Assembly (NCBI GenBank): GCA_044425805.1
Contig: JAWXVC010000011.1
Location: 7,768-71,767 of the forward strand
Length of the DNA stretch: 64,000 bases
Origin: Lachnospiraceae bacterium
GTDB taxonomy: Bacteria; Bacillota; Clostridia; Lachnospirales; Lachnospiraceae
Reading direction: 5' to 3'
The position numbers and the translations under genes are program-made. Under the pieces are notes generated by a model. It was not told the origin of the DNA and searched no databases. It saw nothing but the letters and a program-made list of their open reading frames with translations. Numbering within the stretch: the first letter of the stretch is position 1; every line of letters begins with the position of its first letter. This document shows, piece after piece, positions 26,716-35,946 of this stretch.

Positions 26716-27978
26716 ATGGGAAAAACGTTTTTAACAATTGAGGGTAGCAAGTTTAAAATGAATGGGAAACTTGTATATGAAGAATTAGAGGGTGCAAAGA
26801 AGGAAATGCATGGAATGCTTATGAATCAAAGATTTATTCAAGGCATTTTCGATAGTAAGGATAGAATACAGTTCGAACGCTATGGTAAAAGCTTCAATCC
26901 AGATCAAAATGTAAAAGAGCTCATTGAGGCGTTACCAGAGTGGTATGATAAAGGACTTCGTGCGATTACAGTTGGTATGCAAGGAGGGGGTTCTTGTTTT
27001 ACGATTCCTAGCAAACTTTTACAAAACAACCCATATTCAGCTGATGGAAAGTATATTGATGAGGCATATTTGGCACGTCTTGGCAGGGTGATACGCGCTT
27101 GTGACGAAATAGGCATGGTAGTAATCGTGAGCTATTTTTATTGTGCAAATCTAGATGAATTAAATGGGGCAAATGCTGTGATTGAGATTGTAAAAGGGAT
27201 GTCAACCTATCTAAAAGAGCAGGGATATACGAATGTTATGATTGAAATCGCAAATGAGTATAGTATCAAACCTTTTGAACAAATGCCGATCATCCATGAA
27301 CCACAAGGGATGGTAGCCTTGATTCGTATTGCACAGGAATGTGCAGGCACAATACCTGTTGGAAGCAGTGGTGGAGGTGGCCAAGTAAATAAAGAGGTAT
27401 GTGAGGCAAGTGACGTAGTGATTATTCATGGCAATGGTGAGAGTAGGACGAGACTTTATAATCATATTCGTGAGACGAGAAGCTATTCTTTAGATAAGCC
27501 TATTATCATCAATGAAGATTCACAAGCAATAGGACAGTTAAAGGTGTGTGAAGAATTACAAACATCATGGGGTTATTATAACAATATGACAAAGCAAGAG
27601 CCACCAACCTATTGGGGGATTACCAAAGGTGAGGATGCCTTTTTTGCATGGCGTATGGCGGATATGATAGGAATAACACAAGATGATATTCCACTATCAG
27701 ATCAGTATTATTTCCAAGGCTTTGAGCCACATATGCATCATAAGGGAATGCGTTACCCTAGACTTGCAGCATTGTATCCTGAGAGTATTGACTTCGTTCG
27801 ATTTTATCAAAATGGTACCTTGTATTATGTTTGTTACGATGAGAGCTTTACAGTACACTTTAAGTCGAACTGGGAGCAAGGGGGCGTGATGACACAGGAT
27901 GGCGATGTTTGGAAGGCAGAGGTGGTACTTCGTGATGGAGAGGTACTTGTGTTAGAGGAGATAGTAAAAAATGAGTAA
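26716..27978 (+). CDS. Uncharacterised (beta/alpha)8 glycoside-hydrolase-like protein (clan GH-A-like)
   Basis: 420 aa from ATG 26716. MIEIANEY and IIINEDS resemble GH-A acid-base and nucleophile strands. I cannot assign a family. Confidence 0.45.
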   Translation: MGKTFLTIEGSKFKMNGKLVYEELEGAKKEMHGMLMNQRFIQGIFDSKDRIQFERYGKSFNPDQNVKELIEALPEWYDKGLRAITVGMQGGGSCFTIPSKLLQNNPYSADGKYIDEAYLARLGRVIRACDEIGMVVIVSYFYCANLDELNGANAVIEIVKGMSTYLKEQGYTNVMIEIANEYSIKPFEQMPIIHEPQGMVALIRIAQECAGTIPVGSSGGGGQVNKEVCEASDVVIIHGNGESRTRLYNHIRETRSYSLDKPIIINEDSQAIGQLKVCEELQTSWGYYNNMTKQEPPTYWGITKGEDAFFAWRMADMIGITQDDIPLSDQYYFQGFEPHMHHKGMRYPRLAALYPESIDFVRFYQNGTLYYVCYDESFTVHFKSNWEQGGVMTQDGDVWKAEVVLRDGEVLVLEEIVKNE

Positions 27979-29479
27979 GCAACCTAATATTATTTATATG
28001 ATGACCGATGATCAGCGCTATGATGCAATGGGATTTATGGGGAATAAACAGGTACATACACCGAACTTAGATACGCTAGCAGCAGATGGAGTGCGTTTTG
28101 ACCATGCATTTCATGTGGCTCCCATCTGTATGCCTAGCAGAGCAACTGTTCAAATTGGGAAATATGTTACGCAGCATCAGTGTGGCTTTGATTTACCTAC
28201 GAATTACACGATTACAAACGCGGAATATCAAAATAGTTATCCAGTTATGATGCGAAAGGCTGGTTATTATACAGGCTTTATTGGGAAATTTGGTTTCCCA
28301 GTGACAGAAGATAAGGTGCACAATGTGACACGTGTTCTTAATACGGATAGCTCAGCGGATGACCCATATTATAAAAATATTAATCATTTAGATACCTTAC
28401 AATCTTCGCTACCAAAGGCTGAGTTTGATGTGTGGAACGGTTTTGCAGTACATGGGGATTATAGAGCTTCTAAAGACGGTCTGATGAATGGTTATGAAAA
28501 TCCATGGGGTTGCGACCATATGACAGATCATATGACAAAGCAAGCAGAAGCGTTTTTGGAAGGTGCAAAAGAAAGAGAACAGCCTTTTGTGTTATCGATT
28601 AGCTTCAAGGCACCACATCGTCCATTTGATCCACAAGCAAGATGGGCAGAGTTCTATAAAGATATGGTTATTGATCGTATGGAAAATGATGCACCAGAAT
28701 ATTTTGAGAAGCTACCAGAGGTCGTAAGAACACACAGTAGGAATGCAGGAGAATATTTCGGTAGTGAGCGTATGCGTAAGGAATCACCATGGCTTCCATG
28801 GAAGGAGGAAGAAAACTTCCAAAGAGATTTCAAAAATTACTACGCACTCATTTCAGGTGTAGATGAAGCAGTCGGACACGTCAGAGAAAAGCTAAAGGAA
28901 CTTAATCTTGATGATAATACGATTATTTTTTATACAGCTGACAATGGATATTTTTGTGGTTCAAAGCAGCTTGGGGGCAAGGAACTTTTGTATGAAGAGT
29001 CTATTAAGGCACCAATGATAGTTTATGATCCACGTATGGATTTTGATAAACAAAATAAATGGATTCACGGTATGATTTCCCATGTTGATATTTGTCCTAC
29101 GATACTTGATTATGCTGGACTAGAGAAAACTCCTGAGATGTTTGGACAAAGCTTTGCACCACTTGTAGATGGCAGAGAACTAGAGATTAATGATGCGGTT
29201 TATGGTGAAAATGACTTTAATAATAGCTACGCTTCTGTGGAAGAACATCCACATCCAGAAAAGTATCAATCCATTCATTCCAAATATGTGAGAACGAAGA
29301 AATATAAATATATTAGATATCATTTATGCAGACCTGTAATTGAGGAAATGTGGGATATTGCAAACGATCCACTAGAGACGAATAATTTAGTTTCGAATGA
29401 AGCATATGCTGAAGAGTTGAATAAGCTTCGTGGTATGATGGATGCATTTATTGAAAAGACTAGTAATCATATTCACTAA
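27971..29479 (+). CDS. Sulfatase (S1 family, Cys-type formylglycine)
   Basis: NIIYMMTDDQR and CMPSRATV (CxPSR) motifs. The start overlaps the upstream gene by 8 nt. Confidence 0.85.
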   Translation: MSKQPNIIYMMTDDQRYDAMGFMGNKQVHTPNLDTLAADGVRFDHAFHVAPICMPSRATVQIGKYVTQHQCGFDLPTNYTITNAEYQNSYPVMMRKAGYYTGFIGKFGFPVTEDKVHNVTRVLNTDSSADDPYYKNINHLDTLQSSLPKAEFDVWNGFAVHGDYRASKDGLMNGYENPWGCDHMTDHMTKQAEAFLEGAKEREQPFVLSISFKAPHRPFDPQARWAEFYKDMVIDRMENDAPEYFEKLPEVVRTHSRNAGEYFGSERMRKESPWLPWKEEENFQRDFKNYYALISGVDEAVGHVREKLKELNLDDNTIIFYTADNGYFCGSKQLGGKELLYEESIKAPMIVYDPRMDFDKQNKWIHGMISHVDICPTILDYAGLEKTPEMFGQSFAPLVDGRELEINDAVYGENDFNNSYASVEEHPHPEKYQSIHSKYVRTKKYKYIRYHLCRPVIEEMWDIANDPLETNNLVSNEAYAEELNKLRGMMDAFIEKTSNHIH

Positions 29480-29561
29480 GCTTGCTTTTAAAGTGTATAT
29501 GTTTAGTGTATAATAAAAAAAATAGACTAGAGATTATTCATTTGAAAGGTAGGGATAGAAC

Positions 29562-29930
29562 ATGGATTTATCCAATTGTATAGAAAAAATCAAAGCTTCA
29601 AAGCTACCACATAGATATAAAAAAAAGCTTATCAAGGATTTAGAGCAGATAGCTAAAGAGAATATACAGGGGATATTGGCTATTGTGTTGTTTGGTAGTG
29701 CAGCTAGAAACGATCTTCGAATTGGTAGTGATTTAGATATCCTAATCCTTACAAACAAGACTGTTGAACAGAGTGTTCGAGGAAGTCTAGCAAGTGACCT
29801 AGAAGAGGAGGTAGACGGAGTCTCTACTGACTTGATTTTTTATACTTATGAAGACTTTAAAGCATCTACCTGTATCTTAGTGCAACAGATTAAGGCAGAC
29901 GGGATTGTGCTTTGGGAAGAAGGGATATAG
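29562..29930 (+). CDS. Minimal nucleotidyltransferase (MNT, antitoxin-like)
   Basis: LFGSAARNDLRIGSDLDILIL (GS...DxD) motif. 122 aa. Confidence 0.75.
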   Translation: MDLSNCIEKIKASKLPHRYKKKLIKDLEQIAKENIQGILAIVLFGSAARNDLRIGSDLDILILTNKTVEQSVRGSLASDLEEEVDGVSTDLIFYTYEDFKASTCILVQQIKADGIVLWEEGI

Positions 29931-29932
29931 CT

Positions 29933-30394
29933 ATGGGAAAAACATTGAATTCGTATTATGGTATGGCAGAAAATGATTACCTTTACGCAAAGGCAGGATT
30001 GACTGTTTGTGAAAAATTAGGTAACTATAATGCAGTTGCATCAGGCTGTGCACAAGCAGCAGAAAAGTATTTAAAGGCGCTAGCTGAAAGATGCTTGATT
30101 GAGGATAGCCAAGCAGTAGCTATTCTTCGGACGCATAATCTTCGAACATTAGTAGCTGCAATCAAGAAAGAATTGACGTATATAGACTTAAACAGCAAAG
30201 ATTGTAAGTGGCTTGGAGATTATTATTATGAAGCTAGGTATCCTGGGGATAACTTTGTGTTAGTATCCAAGGAGGATGCAGAAGAATGTATACGAATCAC
30301 AGAAAAAATATGTGAAATTGTAACAGAAGAGCTTACAAAAATTGCAGAAAGCAAACGTAGTGTTGGGCTGTTTGAAGATATGAAGCGATTGTAG
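29933..30394 (+). CDS. HEPN-domain protein (toxin-like partner of MNT)
   Basis: ATG lies 3 nt after the MNT stop. RTHNLRTL and EARYPG motifs are typical of HEPN (PF05168-type). Confidence 0.7.
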   Translation: MGKTLNSYYGMAENDYLYAKAGLTVCEKLGNYNAVASGCAQAAEKYLKALAERCLIEDSQAVAILRTHNLRTLVAAIKKELTYIDLNSKDCKWLGDYYYEARYPGDNFVLVSKEDAEECIRITEKICEIVTEELTKIAESKRSVGLFEDMKRL

Positions 30395-30552
30395 GTTGCA
30401 GAGTCAAATTATCATATTTGGAAAAGCAGCACAGATCTTTCTTATTTTGAGACTAGACATGAAATAGAATGGAAAGATCGGGCATTGCAGTTTGTATATC
30501 CTGTAGTGCAGTATAGGAATTAAATTAAGAAGGGGCTTATAGGGCATATAGA

Positions 30553-33021
30553 ATGAGAACAATATATAATATGAATTTTGATTGGGATTTTCATGATGGA
30601 GAAATTGATTTTAAAACTCATCATGCACCGATTGCAAAGAGTGGAAATTGTCCAATTGCTAGAGTAGATTATAAAGACGAAGAAGTGACTTGGGACCGTA
30701 TACAAGTTCCTCATGATTTGAGACATTATCGTTGTGAATATGAAAATGATGAAGCATTATTAAATGAAGGATATTTAACAACTGGGATTGGCTGGTATCG
30801 AAAAGAATTTTTCTTGGATGCAGAGATAGAATCAAAATCCGTTTTTGCGGAATTTGATGGAGTCTATAGAGATAGTGTTGTTTACGTGAATGGGAATTTT
30901 ATAGGAAGACATGCTAGCGGATATACAAGCTTTGATTATGATATTTCAGATTTTATGTTACCAGGAGAGAATAACGTAATTGCAGTAATGGTTGACGGTA
31001 GAGAGTTTGAAGGCTGGTGGTACGAGGCTGTAGGCATTTATCGTGATGTAAGATTGGTAATTACAGAACCTATACATATCAAAAAGGACGGTGTTTTTGT
31101 TACATCTAGAGTAGTAGGTGCGAACGCCAAAGTGCAGATGGATGTGGAAGTGGAAAATTGTTCTGAAAGAAATGGACTATTTCAATTGCAAACAGAAGTA
31201 CTTGACCCAAAAGGTAGTGTTATTAGAACTGTGACACAAGAGTTTACGAGTCAAGCATATTCAGATGCTACTGTAAAAGTTACATTTGATATTGAAGAAG
31301 TTTTGAAATGGAATTTGGATGAAACCAATCAATATCAGGTTGTATGTTCTATTGTGAATGAGCAAGTGATCATAGATACGTATCAACAAAAATTTGGAGT
31401 GCGTGAAATTGAATATTCACCAGAAAAAGGAATTATTTTAAATGGTAAAAAAATCAAGATACAAGGTGTATGTGTACATGATGATTTTGCAGGAGTAGGC
31501 GGCGCTATGTCACGCTCTATTATTCGTCATAAGATTGCAGTATTAAAAGATCTTGGTTGTAATGGTTATAGATGTTCTCATAATCCACCTTCACCATATT
31601 TATTAGAAGCATGTGATGATTACGGAATACTTGTAATGGATGAAGTGAGATTGATGTCTTCAGCAGGAGAATATCTTTCTCAAATGGTAGATACGATTAA
31701 GAGAGATAGAAATCATCCAAGTATTTTCATTTGGTCTATCGGGAATGAAGAAATGGCTATACATGGAACAAAAATTGGTGTAAAAGTCATGAAACATATG
31801 CTTCGTATTGCAAACGAATTAGATGCTACTAGACCATGTACTTATTCTAATAACTGCAATTGGCTGGAGATTACGGACTTTAATGAGAAGCATGGACTTT
31901 CAATGGAAGTATTAGGTCTTAATTATTGTTGTTTAAGACAGTTTGAGATGTATGAGGAACTACATACAAAGGTTCCGAATCGCTTTATGATTAGTACAGA
32001 AATTGGTTCTACTTTAACAACAAGAGGTCAATATTTACCGAGAGAAGAAGAATTAAGCGATGATTATTATAGCGATAAAGCAACGCCTATTACTGTATGG
32101 AAAAATGAAGCACGTTACAAAAATGTAAGTGAGTATGCAGAAACATATCCTACGTGGGGTGCCACACCGATGGAAACATTGAAATCTACGGATGCTGATT
32201 ATGTTGCTGGTGTATTTATATGGACAGGATTTGATTATCGTGGAGAAATTTTCCCATTCCAGTGGCCAAGTGTTGTTACAAGATTTGGTATTTTAGATTT
32301 GTGTGGATTTCCCAAGGATGTTGCGCATCAATACCGTGTGAAATGGATGCAAGAGCCAGCTATTCATGTTTATCCTCATTGGAATTTTGAAAAAGGGGTT
32401 GGTACTCTTGAGGTACAAATGGTAGCTAATACAGAAGAAGTGGAATTGTTTGTAAATGGCGTATCACAAGGAAGAAACATAAATCCATCTAGAGAAGTAG
32501 TATCTTATGAAGTAGAGTATGTAGCAGGAGAAATCATCGCAGTAGGCTATAATAAGGGAGAAGAGGTGGTATCTATGTCACGAAAAACTGCTTTGGAACC
32601 TGCGAAGATTAAACTTGAAGTATTAGATGATAGAAAGTACATAGCAAATGGAGAAGATAATCTATTTATCAAAGTGGAAGTCGTTGATTCGGAAGGAAAT
32701 CCATGTCCAACTGCATCAAATTTCATTCATTTTGATGTACTGGGTGCTGGTGAATTTTTAGGAGCTGGTAATGGTGATCCACTTTCTCATGCAGATGACA
32801 AAGTTCCAGAAAGATATTTATTTAATGGATTGGCTCTTGCTATTTTAAGAACAAAAAGAGAACCTGGAGAAATTATTTTTACAGCAACGAGTGAAGGGCT
32901 AGAATCGGCATCAGTTGTATTTGAAGTGACGGAAGTGGCGAAAGATAAGTTAGTTCCTGTGCGTGATGAGCGAGTAGAAATCAAAGCGCGAGAAATTGAT
33001 GATTCTGAAAAATATATGTAG
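30553..33021 (+). CDS. Glycoside hydrolase family 2
   Basis: 822 aa. FDWDFH N-terminus, WSIGNEE acid-base motif, C-terminal Ig-like domains. Confidence 0.85.
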   Translation: MRTIYNMNFDWDFHDGEIDFKTHHAPIAKSGNCPIARVDYKDEEVTWDRIQVPHDLRHYRCEYENDEALLNEGYLTTGIGWYRKEFFLDAEIESKSVFAEFDGVYRDSVVYVNGNFIGRHASGYTSFDYDISDFMLPGENNVIAVMVDGREFEGWWYEAVGIYRDVRLVITEPIHIKKDGVFVTSRVVGANAKVQMDVEVENCSERNGLFQLQTEVLDPKGSVIRTVTQEFTSQAYSDATVKVTFDIEEVLKWNLDETNQYQVVCSIVNEQVIIDTYQQKFGVREIEYSPEKGIILNGKKIKIQGVCVHDDFAGVGGAMSRSIIRHKIAVLKDLGCNGYRCSHNPPSPYLLEACDDYGILVMDEVRLMSSAGEYLSQMVDTIKRDRNHPSIFIWSIGNEEMAIHGTKIGVKVMKHMLRIANELDATRPCTYSNNCNWLEITDFNEKHGLSMEVLGLNYCCLRQFEMYEELHTKVPNRFMISTEIGSTLTTRGQYLPREEELSDDYYSDKATPITVWKNEARYKNVSEYAETYPTWGATPMETLKSTDADYVAGVFIWTGFDYRGEIFPFQWPSVVTRFGILDLCGFPKDVAHQYRVKWMQEPAIHVYPHWNFEKGVGTLEVQMVANTEEVELFVNGVSQGRNINPSREVVSYEVEYVAGEIIAVGYNKGEEVVSMSRKTALEPAKIKLEVLDDRKYIANGEDNLFIKVEVVDSEGNPCPTASNFIHFDVLGAGEFLGAGNGDPLSHADDKVPERYLFNGLALAILRTKREPGEIIFTATSEGLESASVVFEVTEVAKDKLVPVRDERVEIKAREIDDSEKYM

Positions 33022-33054
33022 AAAAAGTATTTTGAGAAAGAGATGGTGGTACGT

Positions 33055-34536
33055 ATGAAATATATAAATCCAGTTGTAAAAGGTTTTCATCCAGATCCAA
33101 GTATTTGTAGAGTAGGTGAAGATTTCTATTTAGTAAATTCTACATTTGAGTTTTTTCCAGGGGTTCCGATTTATCATAGTAAGAATCTTGTGAATTGGGA
33201 GCTTATAAATTATTGCTTGAAAACAGATGTGCAATTGCCGCTTGGTGAGTGCAGACCTTCTCATGGGATCTTTGCTCCAACGATTCGTTATCATGAAGGC
33301 ACTTTTTATATGGTGACGACCAATGTTGCTGGGGGCGGTCATTTTTATGTGAAAACAGATGATATTCGTGGCGAATGGTCGGAACCAATTTGGGTTGATG
33401 AAAAAGGTATTGATCCTTCGTTTTTATTTGATGATGGACATGTGTATTTTAGTACGACAGCGCTTGATGAAGCTGGAGGACATGGTATTGTTACAGGAGA
33501 AATTGATATTGAAACCGGTGAGATGATAGAGAAACTACGCATGATTAGCCATGGTACGGGTGGTACTTGGGTTGAGGGTCCACATTTATATCATGTAGGA
33601 GAATATTATTACCTTTTGACCGCTGAGGGTGGGACTTCCTTTTCACATATGTCGTGTATGTTAAGAGGAACTTCTCCGTATGGACCATTTGAAGAAAGTC
33701 CGTATGGCCCACTTATTTCGCATAAGGATCGTATGGATACGAAAATTCACGCCTTGGGTCATTCAGATTTAGTGGAAGATCAAAATGGAAACTGGTTTTT
33801 AGTAAGCTTAGGTATTCGAACAATACAAGGAGCACCACTGCATCACTTGGGTCGCGAAACCTTCTTGACACAGGTAGTTTGGACTGAGGATGGATGGCCA
33901 GTGTTAGCCAATGAAGGCAAGGTAGAGTTTGAAATGGAAGCTGATTTGCCAGCAGAGTCTTATAAAACCGTAAATGATTTTAGAGATGATTTTATGGGGG
34001 ATGAACTTGGTTTACAGTGGAACTATGTTAGAAATCCAAAGCTTACGAATTATAAGCTTGCACAAGGTTTATTCATACAAGGGGATGAGAATACTTTGAG
34101 CGATTTTCAACCAAATGCAGTTGGTGTTAGACAAAAAGAAATTCAAGTAGTAGCACAGACAAAGGTTTGTATAGGTGAGATTGGATCTGCAGGAATGTCT
34201 TGTTTTCAAAATAAAGAGTATCATTACGATTTATATATAGAAAAGACAGATGAGGGCAATCAAGTAGTAGTTAGTCTTACCATGCATGGAATGACTTTTG
34301 TGGCGGAAACGATTTCAGTGGATTTCGATGAAGTTGCTTTTAAAATTACAGGAGATGATACACAGTATTCATTTTATTATGAAAAGGATGGATCGTGGCA
34401 GCTGATAACATCAGCTCGTGTAGCAGGAATTTGTACAGAGGGGATGATGTATAACACCTATACAGGGACCTTTTGTATGCTTTTTGCAGTTTCTTGCAAT
34501 GCAAAATTTGAGGCTTTTTCTTTAGATTATGAATAG
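33055..34536 (+). CDS. Glycoside hydrolase family 43 (beta-xylosidase/alpha-L-arabinofuranosidase) with C-terminal beta-sandwich
   Basis: NPVVKGFHPDPSICRVGEDFYLVNSTFEFFPG is typical of GH43. An alternative ATG lies at 33043. Confidence 0.85.
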   Translation: MKYINPVVKGFHPDPSICRVGEDFYLVNSTFEFFPGVPIYHSKNLVNWELINYCLKTDVQLPLGECRPSHGIFAPTIRYHEGTFYMVTTNVAGGGHFYVKTDDIRGEWSEPIWVDEKGIDPSFLFDDGHVYFSTTALDEAGGHGIVTGEIDIETGEMIEKLRMISHGTGGTWVEGPHLYHVGEYYYLLTAEGGTSFSHMSCMLRGTSPYGPFEESPYGPLISHKDRMDTKIHALGHSDLVEDQNGNWFLVSLGIRTIQGAPLHHLGRETFLTQVVWTEDGWPVLANEGKVEFEMEADLPAESYKTVNDFRDDFMGDELGLQWNYVRNPKLTNYKLAQGLFIQGDENTLSDFQPNAVGVRQKEIQVVAQTKVCIGEIGSAGMSCFQNKEYHYDLYIEKTDEGNQVVVSLTMHGMTFVAETISVDFDEVAFKITGDDTQYSFYYEKDGSWQLITSARVAGICTEGMMYNTYTGTFCMLFAVSCNAKFEAFSLDYE

Positions 34537-35471
34537 AAAATAGGTAGAAATTGACCAAATCCATTTTGTTCGAGTTCTGACACTGGAACAAAGTATAGTG
34601 AGGCACTGTTGATGCAATAGCGCAGTCCAGTGGAATCTTTAGGACCGTCGGTAAATACGTGTCCGAGGTGAGTGTGTCCTAGGTGACTTTTCACTTCAGT
34701 GCGAGACATATTATGGCTTTCATCGCTTGTTTCCATAACAGAATCTTGGGAGAGCGGTTTGGAGAAACTAGCCCATCCACCGTTACACGCAAATTTATCT
34801 TTTGAGGAAAAGAGCGGTTCGCCTGTTATAACATCGAGGTAGATTCCATCTTCGTAAAAATCCCAATATTCGTTTTGGTAAGGTGGTTCTGTAGCTTCAT
34901 GTTGTGTCACTTGATATTGTAAGGGTGTTAAGCTTTTTTGAAAAGATGCTAGGCGCCATGCGGGTTCTGGCACAGGTTCACAGGTAAGGGCATCCGAAAT
35001 AGTGGCAGGTTGGATGTGGCAGTATCCGCCAGGGTGATTGTCTAAATAATGTTGGTGCATATCTTCGGCAAGACAGTAATGCGAAAGTGGTTCGACTTCA
35101 ATTGCAACTGTTCCACTGATCTTATTACTAAGTTCGTGAAGGGATTTTCTGATGATGGGTAGATCGAGTTCATCTACATAATAAATCCCAGTTCGATATT
35201 GAATACCGTGGTCACCACCTTGATGATTTACAGAGGTTGGATTGATAATTTTAAAGTACATAGACAGTAGAAAGGATAGTCCTACGATTTCTGGTGTGTA
35301 GATGATTTCTACGGTTTCTGCATGCTGTGATTCACTTAATTGTTTGTAGGAAGTTGTTTTAGTCGTTCCATTTGCATATCCAACGGAAGTTTTTACAACA
35401 CCTTTTATGTTTTTGAAATAGGACTCTACGCCCCAAAAGCAGCCACCTGCTAAGTAAATACTTCGTTCCAT
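34527..35471 (-). CDS. msrAB: Bifunctional peptide methionine sulfoxide reductase MsrA/MsrB
   Basis: GGCFWG (MsrA) at the N-terminus and RYCINS plus CxxC pairs (MsrB) at the C-terminus. The 3' end overlaps GH43 by 10 nt. Confidence 0.9.
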   Translation of the reverse strand: MERSIYLAGGCFWGVESYFKNIKGVVKTSVGYANGTTKTTSYKQLSESQHAETVEIIYTPEIVGLSFLLSMYFKIINPTSVNHQGGDHGIQYRTGIYYVDELDLPIIRKSLHELSNKISGTVAIEVEPLSHYCLAEDMHQHYLDNHPGGYCHIQPATISDALTCEPVPEPAWRLASFQKSLTPLQYQVTQHEATEPPYQNEYWDFYEDGIYLDVITGEPLFSSKDKFACNGGWASFSKPLSQDSVMETSDESHNMSRTEVKSHLGHTHLGHVFTDGPKDSTGLRYCINSASLYFVPVSELEQNGFGQFLPIFYS

Positions 35472-35675
35472 ATTTTCACCCCTATTTCTTTTCTAGAAAT
35501 TTGATTTATAATTAGTTTTGATTAGGGTATGTAATGCTACATATATTATGCAAGCATCTACAAAAAAGATAATTCTAAAAAATGTATAAAGTTGGCATAA
35601 AAAAATATTTACGTTGTATACAAAACATGATAAACTAATTTAGTTAATAGAACAGTATAAACAATGTAGATGATT

Positions 35676-35908
35676 GGAAGTTTCGATTCAATAATACGGA
35701 CTTCTTAGTCAGGCATCTATATATAACTTTAAAGAGGTACTTATGAGCCGTCGGTCCTTAAATACTAAGGAATGTAGTATATGACTTAGTATTTTATGTA
35801 CCGCTACGAGTGAGTAGTAGTGAAATACGTACATGACATACAAGTATGTCAGTAAGTTATATATAGATACCTTGACAAGAAGTCCATATTATAGGACTGA
35901 AATTTTGC
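35676..35908 (-). repeat. Hairpin-forming intergenic repeat, copy B (full-length, inverted relative to copy A)
   Basis: The reverse complement of its core (CTCACTCGTAGCGGTACATAAAATACTAAGTC...CTTAGTATTTAAGGACCGAC) aligns with copy A. The arms are GGACTTCTTAGTCAGGCATCTATATATAAC / GTTATATATAGATACCTTGACAAGAAGTCC. Confidence 0.8.
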
Positions 35909-35946
35909 AATCTCCTATATAGTTAACAGATTGAGAGGGAAAAGTT

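Noticed and set aside
29480-30552. The MNT-HEPN region as part of a larger mobile element or prophage remnant.
   Set aside because: There is no integrase, transposase, flanking direct repeat or tRNA nearby. Only the two small genes differ from the surrounding glycan-utilisation context.
35472-35946. An expected purine riboswitch upstream of the NCS2 purine permease.
   Set aside because: I looked for the conserved purine-riboswitch junction and loop sequences on the plus strand and found none. The spacer is occupied by repeat copy B instead.
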